DNA of 64,000 nt from a virus. A program made the translations under genes and the position numbers. The stretch spans positions 1 to 64,000 of the IMG/VR virus record IMGVR_UViG_3300032304_003098; one strand, written 5' to 3'. Shown piece after piece: positions 29,530 through 39,778 of this stretch (position 1 is its first letter; each line of letters begins with the position of its first letter). The notes beneath the pieces were generated by a model. The model was not told the DNA's origin and did no database searches. It worked only from the letters and a program-made list of their open reading frames with translations.

Positions 29530-31176
29530 ATGGCAGGATTTAACGAGAATCCAAACACCAACCCTATTTTTCAAAGAATCAGGGATTCCGTCAAAAATCT
29601 GAGTAATTTCGGATTGAGATATGGAGACATGGTGGTAAAAAATTCTCAAGCTATCGGTACCACGGAAGCGGAATTTTTAAAAAAAGGTCCAATTGAAGAC
29701 GAGACGACTTTTTTTTCTTTAGGCCGTCAGGATACCACAACAAGGCAATACATTTCTTATTTCGATAAAGATTATGCAGGAAAAAGAGACTATCTGAGAA
29801 AATTTTCTTTGAATCCAGAAATCGAATACATTTTAGATACTGTTTGTGATGAATCTATTTCCTATGATGGTTATAATTTTTTTGCTTATCCGGCATTTTT
29901 AAACATTACAGGAATTAAGGAAGGGGTCATAGATAAGATTGACTCCACATACAAGAAATTGTATGACATGTTTGGCTTCAACGATGACATTTCTGCTTGG
30001 CAGTATTTCAGGCAATTATTGGTTGATGGATTTGTTGCCTTTGAAATTATTTACGACGATAAGGGAAAAAACATTATAGGTTTCAAAGAACTCGATGCAA
30101 CCACGCTGATGCCATCTGTAGAAAAACAGAAGGATGGTACTTTTTTGAATGTTTGGTATCAATACCCTAAAGACGAAAGAAAAAGGAGAATGCTTTATGA
30201 TTCTCAGATTATTTACATCTCCTACGCCAAAGGCAATTCTGTGTCAAGAGTTAGTTACACCGAAAGATTAATCCGCCCTTATAACGTCCTGAGGATCATT
30301 GAATATACACGTGTTATTTGGTCAGTGATGAATGCATCATTTCGTCTCAAAATGACAGTTCCCGTGGGGTCCAGATCGCAACAAAAGGCGATGCAAACCT
30401 TAGGTGAATTAATGAGTATCTATAAAGAAGACATTCAGTTCAATGATGAAAGTGGAGAACTTTCAGTAAATGGTCAACCTAAGATTCAGTTTTACAAAAA
30501 CTATCTGATGCCCAAAGGTGCATTAGGAACTCCAAACATTGAGCCTCTAAACACTGTCGGTCCAAATTTAAATGATCCGGCTCCACTGGCTTATTTTTTT
30601 GATAAACTTGTTCAGGAATCAAAAATTCCTTTCTCGAGATTTCAAGGTCCAGATGGAGGATCTATTGGTAAATATGCTAACTCTGCTGAAGGCCTGGATA
30701 AGGAAGAAATTAGGTTTGCCAAGTTTATCATGAGGTTAAGATCTATTTTTCAAGATATTCTAATCAAACCTTTGTGGATTCAATTGTGTAGAGACTTTCC
30801 CCAGTTGGAGAAAGATTATATGTTCAGAAGTCAATTGGGCCTTACCTTTATTTCTGATAATCCCTTTAGGGTGAATCAGGAGATAGAAACTATGAACAAA
30901 AGAAAAGAGTCTATTGATGCCATGTACCAGTTGGTAGATGGAGAGGGACAACCTTTCTTTTCTTTGGGATATTTGATTGAAAATTTTCTTGGTATGACGG
31001 AAGACGATATTCGTTCTAACGAAGAGGCCAAGGAAAAAACAGAAAAAAAGAAAAAGAAATCTGAACCAGGAGAAGAGGACGGAGAAGAAGCTGGAGCAGC
31101 CCCAGGGGAATCCCCTACACCTCCAGCAGGTCCTGAACCTGGTGGTACACCCCCTGAAACAGAAACACCGGAATAA
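29530..31176 (+). CDS. Portal protein 1 (T4 gp20-like)
   Basis: PEIEYILD, FRQLLVDG, SYTERLIRPYNVL, KIPFSRF, EEIRFAKFIMRLR; GATATATA at 29463. Confidence 0.88.
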   Translation: MAGFNENPNTNPIFQRIRDSVKNLSNFGLRYGDMVVKNSQAIGTTEAEFLKKGPIEDETTFFSLGRQDTTTRQYISYFDKDYAGKRDYLRKFSLNPEIEYILDTVCDESISYDGYNFFAYPAFLNITGIKEGVIDKIDSTYKKLYDMFGFNDDISAWQYFRQLLVDGFVAFEIIYDDKGKNIIGFKELDATTLMPSVEKQKDGTFLNVWYQYPKDERKRRMLYDSQIIYISYAKGNSVSRVSYTERLIRPYNVLRIIEYTRVIWSVMNASFRLKMTVPVGSRSQQKAMQTLGELMSIYKEDIQFNDESGELSVNGQPKIQFYKNYLMPKGALGTPNIEPLNTVGPNLNDPAPLAYFFDKLVQESKIPFSRFQGPDGGSIGKYANSAEGLDKEEIRFAKFIMRLRSIFQDILIKPLWIQLCRDFPQLEKDYMFRSQLGLTFISDNPFRVNQEIETMNKRKESIDAMYQLVDGEGQPFFSLGYLIENFLGMTEDDIRSNEEAKEKTEKKKKKSEPGEEDGEEAGAAPGESPTPPAGPEPGGTPPETETPE

Positions 31177-31178
31177 TT

Positions 31179-32780
31179 ATGGCAGGTTTTAATGATGATA
31201 GTAGTCAACAGCGTTCCTTTTTAGGCAACTTGTATCGAAATTTGTCTAGAATCGGGAGATTTGGGATGCAATATGAGGATATGGTAATCCGAAATTCCCA
31301 GGCTATAGGAGCCACCGAATCTACATTCTTTAATAATCAAGGAACTGGATTTACTGAGGATGATGCTTTCTTTTGGACTTTAGGTTATCAAGACACTAGG
31401 GTAAGAAAATATATTGCCTATTTCGATAAAGATTATTTGGGCAAAAGAGAATTTCTCAGAAAATTTGCTCTAAATGGAGAAATTGATTTTATTCTAGACA
31501 CCTTGTCTGACGATGGAATTAATTACGATGACAAAAATTTCTTCGGCTATCCTTCTCTATTAAATGTAGATTTGAAACCGGAAGTTCGAACCAAAGTAGA
31601 GGAGAATTTCAGAACTCTGTATATGCTTTTTGGTTTTCAACAAAGCACTTTGGCTTGGCAGTATTTTCGTCAATTTCTAGTAGATGGTTTTTTAGCTTTT
31701 GAAATTGTTTATTCTACGGATGGCAAGAAAATTGTTGGATTCAAAGAATTAGATGCCACATCTTTGCAACCAGCCACCGAACAACAGCCCAACAAGGAAT
31801 TTCAACAAATTTGGATTCAATATCCCGGAGATCCCCGGATGACCCGTAAACTAAAAGCTGAACAAGTTATTTATCTCTCTTATGCTAAAGGAAACTCCGT
31901 TTCTAGAGTAAGTTATACAGAAAGACTTATTAGATCCTATAATATTCTAAGGGTGATGGAAAACACCAGAATAATTTGGAATGTGATGAATGCCTCATAT
32001 CGCTTGAAGTTTGTCATCCCAGTCGGAACCCAATCCGCCCAGAAAGCGATGCAAACCTTGGGTCAACTTATGTCTCAGTACAAGGAGGAAATTCAAATTA
32101 ACGATACTTCCGGTGAATTAACAGTAAACGGAGCACCCAAGATTCAATTTTATAAAAATTATTTGTTCCCTGAAAAGGACGGAGAAAGCCCAGACATCAA
32201 CACATTAAATCCCAATGGTCCTGATTTCAATGTGATGGAAAATGTTGTGTATTTTTACAATAAATTGAAATTAGATTCGAAGATCCCCTATGCTAGGTTT
32301 GCTTCCCGTAGTGGACCAGCTACCTATCAAATTTCTATCGATCAGTTGGAGAGGGATGAAATTAGATATGAAAAATTTGTAACCCGCCTGAGATCAGTCT
32401 TTCAAGAGCTTTTGGTTAAACCTCTGTACATTCAAACCTGTTTAGATTTTCCAGCTTTATCTGAAGATAGATCTTTCAAAGTAAATTTGGGGTTAAATTT
32501 TGTGAAGGAAAATGTCTTTGAACAACTCATTATGTTGTCCAATTACACCAAAAGAACTGCTTTCATAACAGCTTTAGGTGACATGAAACAAAGAATAGGA
32601 GAGGAAGAAATTCCCTATTTCGATAAAGAATGGCTGATTAAAAGGTGGCTAGGTTTAAGTATGGACGAATATAGGGCCAATGAAAAATACAAAGAGGAAG
32701 AAAAGAAAAGAGCAGAAAAAGATAAGAAGAACAAGAAGCCAGAGGGAGCAGAAGGAGGAGCACCGGAATTCACTCTTTAA
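31179..32780 (+). CDS. Portal protein 2 (full-length paralog)
   Basis: Collinear with portal 1: YFDKDY, FRQFLVDG, YAKGNSVSRVSYTERLIR, QKAMQTLG, RDEIRYEKFVTRLR. Confidence 0.88.
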   Translation: MAGFNDDSSQQRSFLGNLYRNLSRIGRFGMQYEDMVIRNSQAIGATESTFFNNQGTGFTEDDAFFWTLGYQDTRVRKYIAYFDKDYLGKREFLRKFALNGEIDFILDTLSDDGINYDDKNFFGYPSLLNVDLKPEVRTKVEENFRTLYMLFGFQQSTLAWQYFRQFLVDGFLAFEIVYSTDGKKIVGFKELDATSLQPATEQQPNKEFQQIWIQYPGDPRMTRKLKAEQVIYLSYAKGNSVSRVSYTERLIRSYNILRVMENTRIIWNVMNASYRLKFVIPVGTQSAQKAMQTLGQLMSQYKEEIQINDTSGELTVNGAPKIQFYKNYLFPEKDGESPDINTLNPNGPDFNVMENVVYFYNKLKLDSKIPYARFASRSGPATYQISIDQLERDEIRYEKFVTRLRSVFQELLVKPLYIQTCLDFPALSEDRSFKVNLGLNFVKENVFEQLIMLSNYTKRTAFITALGDMKQRIGEEEIPYFDKEWLIKRWLGLSMDEYRANEKYKEEEKKRAEKDKKNKKPEGAEGGAPEFTL

Positions 32781-32790
32781 ATTAGTATAG

Positions 32791-33768
32791 ATGGAATTCA
32801 AAAATTTATTTTCTACTAAAAAAATTCTAGTAGTTGGGGATTCTATTTTAGATCACTATGTGTATGGAAAGGTGCACAGGATATCGCCAGAAGCTCCTGT
32901 TCCTGTTGTGTTGAAGAGTGAGGAAGAATTTTTTCTAGGCGGAGCTGCTAACGTGGCCCAGAATATTACAGCCTTTGGAGCCCAGTGTACTTTGTTATCC
33001 TTAACTGGGCTCGATTTAGAGAGGGATATATTATCCCAAAAGTGTTTTGAACAAAATATAAATCCGGTTTTTATAGTAGATGAAAGTAGACCCACAACTA
33101 AAAAAACAAGGGTGTTGGGGAACAAACACCAAATTGTAAGAATCGATCACGAGAAAACACACGGATTGTCTGTTGGATTAAGTCTTAAAGTATCCCAAAT
33201 TTTCGAAAATGAAATTCTAAACCATGACGGGGTTATTTTTCAAGACTATGGTAAAGGTTTGCTAACTAGAGATTTACTGAAGCTTTTAATTCAAATTTCA
33301 CAAAAACACAATCGACAAATTTTAGTAGATCCCAAAGAACCTGATCTTTTTAGATACCAAGGAGTTTCTTATATCAAACCAAATTTGAATGAGTTCAAGT
33401 CCATGCTAAATTTGAAAATCGAAGAAGAGTTGGAAATTCCTCAAATCGTAGATTATGCTCAAAAAGCATTGAGTGATTTTGATTATGAATGTTTTCTCAT
33501 CACCTTGTCAGAACGTGGAATTTTGGTGGTTAAAAAAGACTTCTGGCACCACGTACCTGGCATCAAAGTGGATGTTTCTGATGTGTCTGGGGCTGGTGAC
33601 ACAGTCAGTGCAGTATTTGCTTTGGGAATTTTTGCTGGACTAAGAAAGCCTATTTCTGAGTTGGAACTTGTCCAAATTGCAGAGTCGGCAAATTTGGCTG
33701 GATCTCTAGTTTGCAGACACCTGGGGGCGGTGCCAGTTGACCCTGTTGAATTATTTAATTACCCTTAA
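32791..33768 (+). CDS. rfaE: D-glycero-beta-D-manno-heptose-7-phosphate kinase (HldE/RfaE domain I, PfkB family)
   Basis: LVVGDSILDHY, RISPEAPVPV, GGAANVA, DYGKG, DVSGAGDTV. Confidence 0.9.
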   Translation: MEFKNLFSTKKILVVGDSILDHYVYGKVHRISPEAPVPVVLKSEEEFFLGGAANVAQNITAFGAQCTLLSLTGLDLERDILSQKCFEQNINPVFIVDESRPTTKKTRVLGNKHQIVRIDHEKTHGLSVGLSLKVSQIFENEILNHDGVIFQDYGKGLLTRDLLKLLIQISQKHNRQILVDPKEPDLFRYQGVSYIKPNLNEFKSMLNLKIEEELEIPQIVDYAQKALSDFDYECFLITLSERGILVVKKDFWHHVPGIKVDVSDVSGAGDTVSAVFALGIFAGLRKPISELELVQIAESANLAGSLVCRHLGAVPVDPVELFNYP

Positions 33769-33830
33769 AAAATTTCAAAATTTTCTAAATTTTATTTTTT
33801 TTATTCGAATTTTAGTTCTATATTTACATC

Positions 33831-35180
33831 ATGAAAAACGAACTAAAAGTACTTGCACAAGTGGAGCTTCTCACTGGTAATGGCTCCCAGAAAGAAAAAC
33901 AAAGGTTGATTTCGGAATCTCTTTCAGAAGAGATGCTGTATATCCTAGACGTTTGTTTTAATCCTTTCGTCACCACCAAATTACACAAGCTAGAAATCGA
34001 AAAAAATCGGGGTTTAATCCCCCCTGTTTCTTTTCCAGGATTTACGGTTTTCAAAGATCTGATTGAGGATCTAAAAAAAGCTCCTGCCGCTAATGACTCT
34101 TTGAGACAAAGAGCAAATTTTTTGATTAACACCCAACTGGACGAAGATCCTAATACGGACCTTGTTTTGAGGGATATTCTAATGAAAATCCTGACCAAAA
34201 GAATGAATATAGGAATTGGTGCCAAGCTGATTAACAAAGCAGTTGGCAGTGAATTAATTCCAGATCCTTCTTTGATGTTAGCTTCTGACGATCAAAAAGA
34301 GGTGTCAGGATGGAGCAAGATTTACTGCGAGGAAAAGTATGACGGCGTTCGTGTTATTGCGGTGGGCAATAGAGAATCTGGTTTTCAATTTTACACCCGT
34401 GCTTTCAACGAACTGGACAAAACAAAACTTTCCCACATAGAAGCTGAGTTAGTCAAGATTCTACATGGAGCCAATATAATTTCTGATGTTTTCTTTGACG
34501 GAGAGCTCACTGACCTGAACAGAAAATCAGTCTCTGGAAAAGTAACCCAGATTCTGAAGGGGACTGCCCCCGATAATATTGATAAAGAATTTATTTTCAA
34601 TGTCTTTGATCTTGAAAAATCGGAAGTTTTAAAGTCAGGCAAAGGGAATACACCTTTCACCAAAAGAAGGCAAGAACTAGAATTTCTAAGTTCTTTTTTA
34701 TCACCCACTGGACCTGTAAAATTGGCCCGGCAGTGGGTCGTTGATTCCTTTGAAGAAACTCAGTCTATCTACGGTTTGATTGTTTCTATGGGAGGAGAAG
34801 GTGTTATTCTCAAGCCAGGAGATCACGTCTATGAGTGTAAGCGCAGTAAGAGCTGGGTAAAATTAAAACAAATTCAAGACTGTGATTTGGAAATAACTGG
34901 CTGGTACCCAGGAGAAGGCAAAAGAGAAGGTTTTATTGGAGGGTTTATTTGTACAGATGCCTCTAGAACTCTAGAGGTCAAAATTGGTTCAGGCTTCACC
35001 GATCTTGATTTAAAAACACTAAGTTTAAATCCAAACGAATGGATTGGTAAAGTAGCAGCAGTTCAGTTCAACGAACCCATCACCGATAAATTTGGCAACC
35101 GCAGTCTTTTTTTACCTCGATTTATCGAAATAAGGACTGACAAGAACCAAGCTGATGACATGACTTCTTTTTTTAAGTAA
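33831..35180 (+). CDS. lig: ATP-dependent DNA ligase
   Basis: EEKYDGVR, FDGEL, EGVILK, WVKLK, KIGSGF, LFLPRF. Confidence 0.95.
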   Translation: MKNELKVLAQVELLTGNGSQKEKQRLISESLSEEMLYILDVCFNPFVTTKLHKLEIEKNRGLIPPVSFPGFTVFKDLIEDLKKAPAANDSLRQRANFLINTQLDEDPNTDLVLRDILMKILTKRMNIGIGAKLINKAVGSELIPDPSLMLASDDQKEVSGWSKIYCEEKYDGVRVIAVGNRESGFQFYTRAFNELDKTKLSHIEAELVKILHGANIISDVFFDGELTDLNRKSVSGKVTQILKGTAPDNIDKEFIFNVFDLEKSEVLKSGKGNTPFTKRRQELEFLSSFLSPTGPVKLARQWVVDSFEETQSIYGLIVSMGGEGVILKPGDHVYECKRSKSWVKLKQIQDCDLEITGWYPGEGKREGFIGGFICTDASRTLEVKIGSGFTDLDLKTLSLNPNEWIGKVAAVQFNEPITDKFGNRSLFLPRFIEIRTDKNQADDMTSFFK

Positions 35181-35226
35181 GAGGAAACCTTTAGCCGAAT
35201 TTTCATAAAATTTAAAAGAAAGAACC

Positions 35227-36177
35227 ATGGTCAATCAACTACTGACTGAAAAGCTCAGGCCCCAGGAATTAAAACATATGATTTTACCGGACCGAATCCG
35301 TAATTTATTCGACGGAAAACCTTTGGCACAGAATGTTTTGCTGGCAGGATCGCCTGGATGTGGTAAAACCACTCTAGCCAAAATCTTAGCAGCAAATTCC
35401 CCACACCTCTTCATCAACGTATCCGATGAGAGCTCAGTCGACGTCATCCGAACAAAAATTAATGATTTTTGTTCCACCTTAAGTATTATGGATGGTAAAT
35501 CTGCCTTGAAAGTTGTTATTTTAGATGAGTTTGATGGTGCCTCAGATCAATTTTACAAAGCTTTAAGAGGCACAATAGAAAAGTTTGCTAAGAATGCCAG
35601 GTTTGTAGCCACCTGTAATTGGATAGCCAAAGTCCCTGAGGCGATTCAGTCCAGATTCGAGGTTATAAATTTTGATCCGGCCAATTCCGAAGAGGAACAG
35701 GGTCTAAAAGAGGAATGGAGAAAAAGAATTACCTTGATTTTGAACAAGCTTTCTATCTCTATCGACGAAGAGGCTTTAGATGTTTTTGAAAGAGATTTTT
35801 TTCCAGATTTAAGGTCCGCCTTAAATAAGATTCAAGCCTGGTCCATCGAAGGTTTAAAGAAAATTGATGCCAAAAAGATAAAGGATTCTTCTTATTCCCA
35901 CGAAGAGCTTTATCATTTAATTTGTAAGGGAAAAAATCCAATTGAAAATTATCAATTCGTCGTGTCTCAGTATTCCGGTAAAGTAGACAGCGTTATGTTG
36001 GCCTTGGGAAATGAATTTGTGGGGTGGGTCCAACACAATCGTCCTGACTTAAGCCAAATTATTCCATCAGTGATTGTGATGGTCGCTGAACACCAGGCCC
36101 AAAGAATGTTGGTTATTGACCCAATAGTTTCACTCTTGGCTTTGGTGTATAAAATTCAAAAACAAATTCAAGCATGA
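35227..36177 (+). CDS. Clamp loader AAA+ subunit (gp44/RFC-like)
   Basis: EKLRP, GSPGCGKTT, ILDEFD, IQSRF, FPDLR; GAAAC-N16-ATAAAA at 35184. Confidence 0.92.
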   Translation: MVNQLLTEKLRPQELKHMILPDRIRNLFDGKPLAQNVLLAGSPGCGKTTLAKILAANSPHLFINVSDESSVDVIRTKINDFCSTLSIMDGKSALKVVILDEFDGASDQFYKALRGTIEKFAKNARFVATCNWIAKVPEAIQSRFEVINFDPANSEEEQGLKEEWRKRITLILNKLSISIDEEALDVFERDFFPDLRSALNKIQAWSIEGLKKIDAKKIKDSSYSHEELYHLICKGKNPIENYQFVVSQYSGKVDSVMLALGNEFVGWVQHNRPDLSQIIPSVIVMVAEHQAQRMLVIDPIVSLLALVYKIQKQIQA

Positions 36178-36488
36178 TAGAATTACTTCCGGACGAAATT
36201 AAAAGAAATACATTTATCTACCGACTTGTAAAAAGAGGAGAAAAAGCCATGATGTACGAACAGTTCAGTTTGGACGCTCAAAAGGTTATTGCATGGGAAG
36301 TATTTAAAAGAAAGATTGATCCGCCAAAAGAGGTGTTTGGAGTTCAGCTGGGAGAAAGAGAAATATTTCCTGGTAATGAAGATTTTGGCAAGTGGGCTTG
36401 GTCTCCATTTGATTTAGAGAGAGCAGAATATATTTTCTCCCAACTAGAACAGGGTTTAAGTCACAAAAAAGATGATGGAGATGAATGA
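36174..36488 (+). CDS. Hypothetical protein
   Basis: Translationally coupled ORF. Confidence 0.6.
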   Translation: MIELLPDEIKRNTFIYRLVKRGEKAMMYEQFSLDAQKVIAWEVFKRKIDPPKEVFGVQLGEREIFPGNEDFGKWAWSPFDLERAEYIFSQLEQGLSHKKDDGDE

Positions 36489-37122
36489 ATTTGACTCAGA
36501 GGGTAAAATCAATTACAATCAGAATTTATTTCACGAAGAGCCCAGCTTTGAGACTGTGTACGCCTCTAGTTTGTTTTTCACAAAAAAAATTAAAAGATTA
36601 ATTTTGTGTGGAAAGGGTGGATCTGGAAAGGATCATCTGCGTCAAATATTGGAACAAAGGGGTTTTAAATATTGTGTTTCTCACACAACCCGTCCACGTA
36701 GAACAAATGAAGAGCAAGACAAAGACTACTTTTTCGTGGAAAATCTAAAAGATTTTGAAATTCTGAAAGGTATGTTTGAAAGAAAAGAATTTTACGAGGT
36801 CAATCTTTTTGCTGGCTGGATTTATGGGACTTCCATACAGGAATTCAATTCGAGCAATTTGATGATTCTGACCCCTTCTGGTATTTCTAATCTTAAACCA
36901 GAGGACAGAGAAGAATCTTTCGTTCTATTTCTAGACATAGATCAAAGAATCAGAAAATCCAGACTCTCTGCCAGAAAAGATGTGGATAGCGTGGAAAGAA
37001 GATTAAAAACTGACGAAGAAGATTTTGCAAATTTTTCGAATTTCGATTTCAAAATATGCGATCCTAATTTCCAAGTAGGCTCAGAAATTTGGTTTGACTT
37101 AAGTTATTATCAACATGATTAA
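36472..37122 (+). CDS. gmk: Guanylate kinase-like protein
   Basis: GKGGSGKD, VSHTTRPRR.NE...DYFFV, YGT. Confidence 0.85.
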   Translation: MMEMNEFDSEGKINYNQNLFHEEPSFETVYASSLFFTKKIKRLILCGKGGSGKDHLRQILEQRGFKYCVSHTTRPRRTNEEQDKDYFFVENLKDFEILKGMFERKEFYEVNLFAGWIYGTSIQEFNSSNLMILTPSGISNLKPEDREESFVLFLDIDQRIRKSRLSARKDVDSVERRLKTDEEDFANFSNFDFKICDPNFQVGSEIWFDLSYYQHD

Positions 37123-38248
37123 TATTTTAATTGATGGCAATTATTTGCTGCATAAAACTTTTGGTATTTTTGGTGGTTATGGTGCCAAGGATCCAGCAGA
37201 GGTTTTGAAAACCAAGAATGAACAAGCCATGTTTATTCGAAAAGTTGCAACAGACCTTTGTGCAGCTTTAAGAGAACTTCCTACTGGGGGAAGATTGGTT
37301 TTTACGGCAGATTCTAGAAGTTGGAGAAAAGACATTGAAATCGAGGGCGGAGGTTACAAGTCCAACAGAGTCAAGGATGAGACAGTAGATTGGTCTATCT
37401 TTTTCAACCTCCTTGATTCTTTTGGCAAACAACTGGAAAAAATGGGATTTATTTACTCTCGGGCTAATGGTGCGGAGGGTGACGATTTATTGTATTTTTG
37501 GGCAGACTATTTCACTACCAAAGGTCAAGATTGCATTATTATCTCTGGAGACAAGGATTTACATCAACTTGCCCGCTGGAAAGGTGACAATTGGACTTTG
37601 GTTTGGAGCAACAATTCAAAAAACAATGTTGTTTCTTGCCCTGAAAAATGGAAAGAAGATTGGTTGGACCATCAGCCGCAGGTTTCCATTTTTGAAATGT
37701 CAGAATCAGCACAGCCAGATAAAACAAAAATGAAAAAGTGGATTGAGAAACTTCTTTTAAATCCAATCACTCCTCGGGATTTTGTTTTTGTTAAAATGTT
37801 AATTGGTGACGATGGTGATGCCGTTCCTGGAGTTTGGAACTTTGAAGCAACTCCAGGTAAAATCTCTAGAATGACCCCAAAAAAGGCAGAACAGCTGATG
37901 GAATCCCTTCATCAATCGAAGTGGGCACAAATTTCTTTTCGTGAATTGCTGGAAGATGTGGAATTTTTGGATTGGGCTGGGGGTTATATCATGAGACTGA
38001 TGAAAGATTTAGACTCCAAAGAAAACAGAGAGAAAGCATCCAGAAATCTGAAAAGAAATTATCAGCTCATGTGGTTAGATAAAGTCGTTATTCCTGAATG
38101 GGTGGTCTCGAATGTGCTGGCTGAAATTAAAAGGGGTATGAATTTAGACAGAAGACCAGTCACCTTAGATCGAATTAAAATTCTAGAAGGCACGGAGTGG
38201 GTTACAGTTACCTCTATTCCTAAAATGTACAATCCATTTCCCGATTAA
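37115..38248 (+). CDS. 5'-3' exonuclease / T4 RNase H-like (FEN family)
   Basis: LIDGN, YKSNR, EGDDL, SGDKDLHQL, GDDGDAVPG. Confidence 0.9.
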   Translation: MINILIDGNYLLHKTFGIFGGYGAKDPAEVLKTKNEQAMFIRKVATDLCAALRELPTGGRLVFTADSRSWRKDIEIEGGGYKSNRVKDETVDWSIFFNLLDSFGKQLEKMGFIYSRANGAEGDDLLYFWADYFTTKGQDCIIISGDKDLHQLARWKGDNWTLVWSNNSKNNVVSCPEKWKEDWLDHQPQVSIFEMSESAQPDKTKMKKWIEKLLLNPITPRDFVFVKMLIGDDGDAVPGVWNFEATPGKISRMTPKKAEQLMESLHQSKWAQISFRELLEDVEFLDWAGGYIMRLMKDLDSKENREKASRNLKRNYQLMWLDKVVIPEWVVSNVLAEIKRGMNLDRRPVTLDRIKILEGTEWVTVTSIPKMYNPFPD

Positions 38249-38250
38249 AC

Positions 38251-38685
38251 ATGGAACTCTTTGATGTCGTTAAGGCCATCTTCGGTCCAGAAAAAACGTG
38301 GAACTCTGTAGGTAAGGCAGATAAGACCCGAAATTTTTTTATGGTCAATAGGATTATGTCGATCCAATTTCCTCTTCAAGCCCAAGAATTCAATCATACT
38401 AAAATTGTTCCTGATCTAGTGGTAAACTGGTGGAGATCTGCTTTATCGCCCAAATTCAACAAAGCTCCAGGGTGGATATCTACATCCACCTCCAAAAAAG
38501 AAGGCAATAAATCTACCCAGAAAATTAAAAACTTCGAAGTGGTAGAGGATTTTATTAGGACCAGGTATCAAATTAGCAAAAGGGAACTGCAAGAAATGAA
38601 ACAATTCTTTCCCGAACAATATCATGATTGGCTAAAATCATTGTCCCAACAATTGGGAACAGAAAATATAAAAGCCGATATATAA
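38251..38685 (+). CDS. Probable clamp loader small subunit (gp62-like)
   Basis: MELFD..., FMVNRIMS, PGW pattern similar to gp62; near the gp44-like gene. Confidence 0.5.
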   Translation: MELFDVVKAIFGPEKTWNSVGKADKTRNFFMVNRIMSIQFPLQAQEFNHTKIVPDLVVNWWRSALSPKFNKAPGWISTSTSKKEGNKSTQKIKNFEVVEDFIRTRYQISKRELQEMKQFFPEQYHDWLKSLSQQLGTENIKADI

Positions 38686-38707
38686 GAAGAAAAATAACCA
38701 CGTTGCC

Positions 38708-39238
38708 ATGGAGAAAGGAATTCAAAAAATTGTTGATAAGCTGGTTCAAAGTTTGGATTGGAATTCTATTTTGATGATCCATAAAGCATTTAAACACGGG
38801 ATAGGCCAAGGCAGCGAAGTTATTCCTGGTTTGAAAAGGAAAAATTACGACCAAAATTTAGAGGTTAAAGATCTTAAACATGAACTCAAAACCATTCTCA
38901 AATATGTGGTCTTAAACGACTATCAAAGTTTCACCTATGGGAACTGGATCGTGTCTTGGTACAACCAAGAATGGAACCAAGACACCGTCATCGAAACACT
39001 AAGTCAAGAGGACGAAGAAATTGAATTCGAAGTTGAATTACCAAACACCAGGTTAGAGGTAATTTATGCTCCTCAAAGAATTTGTATTTCTGTGGACACA
39101 GGTAGTGCCCCATCCGGGGTTTCGGATCTTGACACTTTAAAAGCCATGTTGGAAAATGCTTTGGCCGAAGAAAATTATGAGATGGCCCAAAAAATTCAAG
39201 ACATCCTGAAGATGTCACACAAATCCGAAGAAATTTAG
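38708..39238 (+). CDS. Protein with C-terminal UVR (UvrB/UvrC) motif
   Basis: LKAMLENALAEENYEMAQKIQDIL. Confidence 0.65.
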   Translation: MEKGIQKIVDKLVQSLDWNSILMIHKAFKHGIGQGSEVIPGLKRKNYDQNLEVKDLKHELKTILKYVVLNDYQSFTYGNWIVSWYNQEWNQDTVIETLSQEDEEIEFEVELPNTRLEVIYAPQRICISVDTGSAPSGVSDLDTLKAMLENALAEENYEMAQKIQDILKMSHKSEEI

Positions 39239-39261
39239 ATACATAGAAAAAACAGTTTTCT

Positions 39262-39744
39262 TTGAAACACATTCTTACCCTCAACGAATTTTTTGACACC
39301 GGAGTTTTTGGTGATACCTATGGGTATGGTGGGGCAAACGGCATTTTCAAGGTTCAATATAAACCTTATAAAGATTTGTCCGTTTCTGTAGGACCTGATC
39401 CTAGAGTTCCTAGAAACATCCCAGGCTCAAAATTCCAGGTGGGAGATATTGTCCTTGGAGTACCCATTAATGATGATAAGAAGGTGGCCGGCATGGTCGT
39501 TAAAAATATTTTGGCCCCAGATCACAAATCATATCGTTTTTTTGTTCAGATCCACACCAAAGGTAAGAAGGATCAAAAAGTTTTAGAGCTAAAGCCAGAC
39601 ACGGTAGAATTTGTAGATATGGGAGACAAAGGGCATCGACAGGTTGTATCTCAATATAAATTTAACGATATGCCCGGTGATGCTTATAATTCTAAAACAG
39701 TTTATACAAATCCTGGTTTGGGGATCGAAGCGGTGGGAAGCTGA
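39262..39744 (+). CDS. Hypothetical late protein with capsid-targeting-like leader and SH3-like region
   Basis: MKHILTLNEF; FQVGDIV; GATACATA at 39238. Confidence 0.55.
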   Translation: MKHILTLNEFFDTGVFGDTYGYGGANGIFKVQYKPYKDLSVSVGPDPRVPRNIPGSKFQVGDIVLGVPINDDKKVAGMVVKNILAPDHKSYRFFVQIHTKGKKDQKVLELKPDTVEFVDMGDKGHRQVVSQYKFNDMPGDAYNSKTVYTNPGLGIEAVGS

Positions 39745-39778
39745 GAAACTTTTACTGTTCTCCTGTGTACAGCACAGG

